Assembly (NCBI RefSeq): GCF_036321535.1
Contig: NC_087436.1
Span: 24,554,001 to 24,618,000 of the forward strand
Length of the DNA: 64,000 nt
DNA from: Camelus dromedarius
Lineage: Eukaryota
Reading direction: 5' to 3'
The notes beneath the pieces are model-generated. The model had not been told where the DNA came from, searched no databases, and saw only the letters and a list, made by a program, of their open reading frames with translations. Shown one piece after another: positions 63,301 through 64,000 of this stretch. The position numbers were made by a program, and so were the translations under genes. Position 1 is the stretch's first letter. The number at the start of each line of letters is the position of its first letter.

Positions 63301-64000
63301 GACTCTTCCCGAGTTTTACACCCCCTGCCTCTTGCTGTCCAGCTGCCTACTGGGGTGCACACACTGGGGGCAGATTCTCCCAGAGAGTGGCTTTGGAAAT
63401 GGTCTCGCTGATGAGAGCAGAGGAAGGATTTAGGTGAGGTGAGCAGTAAAGTCTGCTGATTGACCTCATTTCCTTTGTGTATTTCAGCAGATGGTAAAAC
63501 AACCGGTGGACCGGCTGTGACAGGTGAAATTCTCTGCGCGGCTGGTGTAGGTGGCCACGGACAGGTCTGTGTCATGTCACCTGTTTTAAATGAGCTTCTT
63601 TCCAATGTCTCTTTTGTTCATGTGTCTGTGAGGGCAGTGTTGATTGCTTCTGCCCCCTGGCAGAAGGACCCACGTCTGAATTGTTTTCTCAGGATAGTGA
63701 TGGAGTGATGGGCTCATTGGTTCCCACAGTGTTCCCACCCCTGGCTTTCCTCTACAGCCGAAGCACCACCTTACCAGTGAGGGTCCCAACTCACATCCAT
63801 ATCTTTGCCAATTTCCTCTCCTCTCCCTTTTTTTTTTTTTTTTTTTGAGGCAGACAGGAAAAGGAGAAACTGGAAAATGAGAGGTTCTGAAACTGTATAG
63901 AGGTTAAAGGGAAAAGTTTCTGTAATCAGAAATCTGGGGTGTAATTATACGATCGCCAGGAGAAAGCTGAGGGTGGAAGACGTCTCCAGAGTGAGATTAC

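Noticed and set aside
1..64000. Supplied ORFs as host protein-coding genes
   Set aside because: All are short (166 aa or less), many start at non-ATG codons or overlap repeats and STRs, and none resembles a cellular protein I recognise. Only the L1 ORF2 and ERV remnants are recognisable.
1..64000. CRISPR arrays, operons or prokaryotic defence systems
   Set aside because: The sequence is clearly mammalian (L1, MIR, L2, MaLR, ERV) and has no regularly spaced repeat-spacer array.

Overview
Mammalian, repeat-rich non-coding DNA (intronic or intergenic). It is very probably from a camelid, because it carries about 14 copies of a tRNA-derived SINE (GGGGAGGGTATAGCTCAGTGGTAGAG...GGTTCAATCCCCAGTACCTCC) resembling camelid Vic-1, plus many cetartiodactyl-type L1 3' ends. 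I could not support any host protein-coding exon; the supplied ORFs are chance ORFs or repeat-derived. The main structure is a ~4.7 kb degenerate ERV1 (gammaretrovirus-like) provirus on the minus strand (43753-48494). It has both LTRs and remnants of gag, protease and integrase, but almost all of RT/RNase H is deleted and no env is recognisable. The window also holds four ERV1-type solo LTRs (three with exact 4-bp TSDs, one apparently young), old MaLR/ERVL LTRs, hAT MITEs, MIR/L2 relics and several nested insertions with readable TSDs. CpG-rich unique blocks (~33.4-34.6 kb with a near-consensus CTCF site, ~41.1-41.9 kb, ~62.8-63.6 kb) look regulatory. I found no convincing novel biological system. 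Repeat subfamily names are from memory of consensus sequences, and boundaries of old repeats are approximate.
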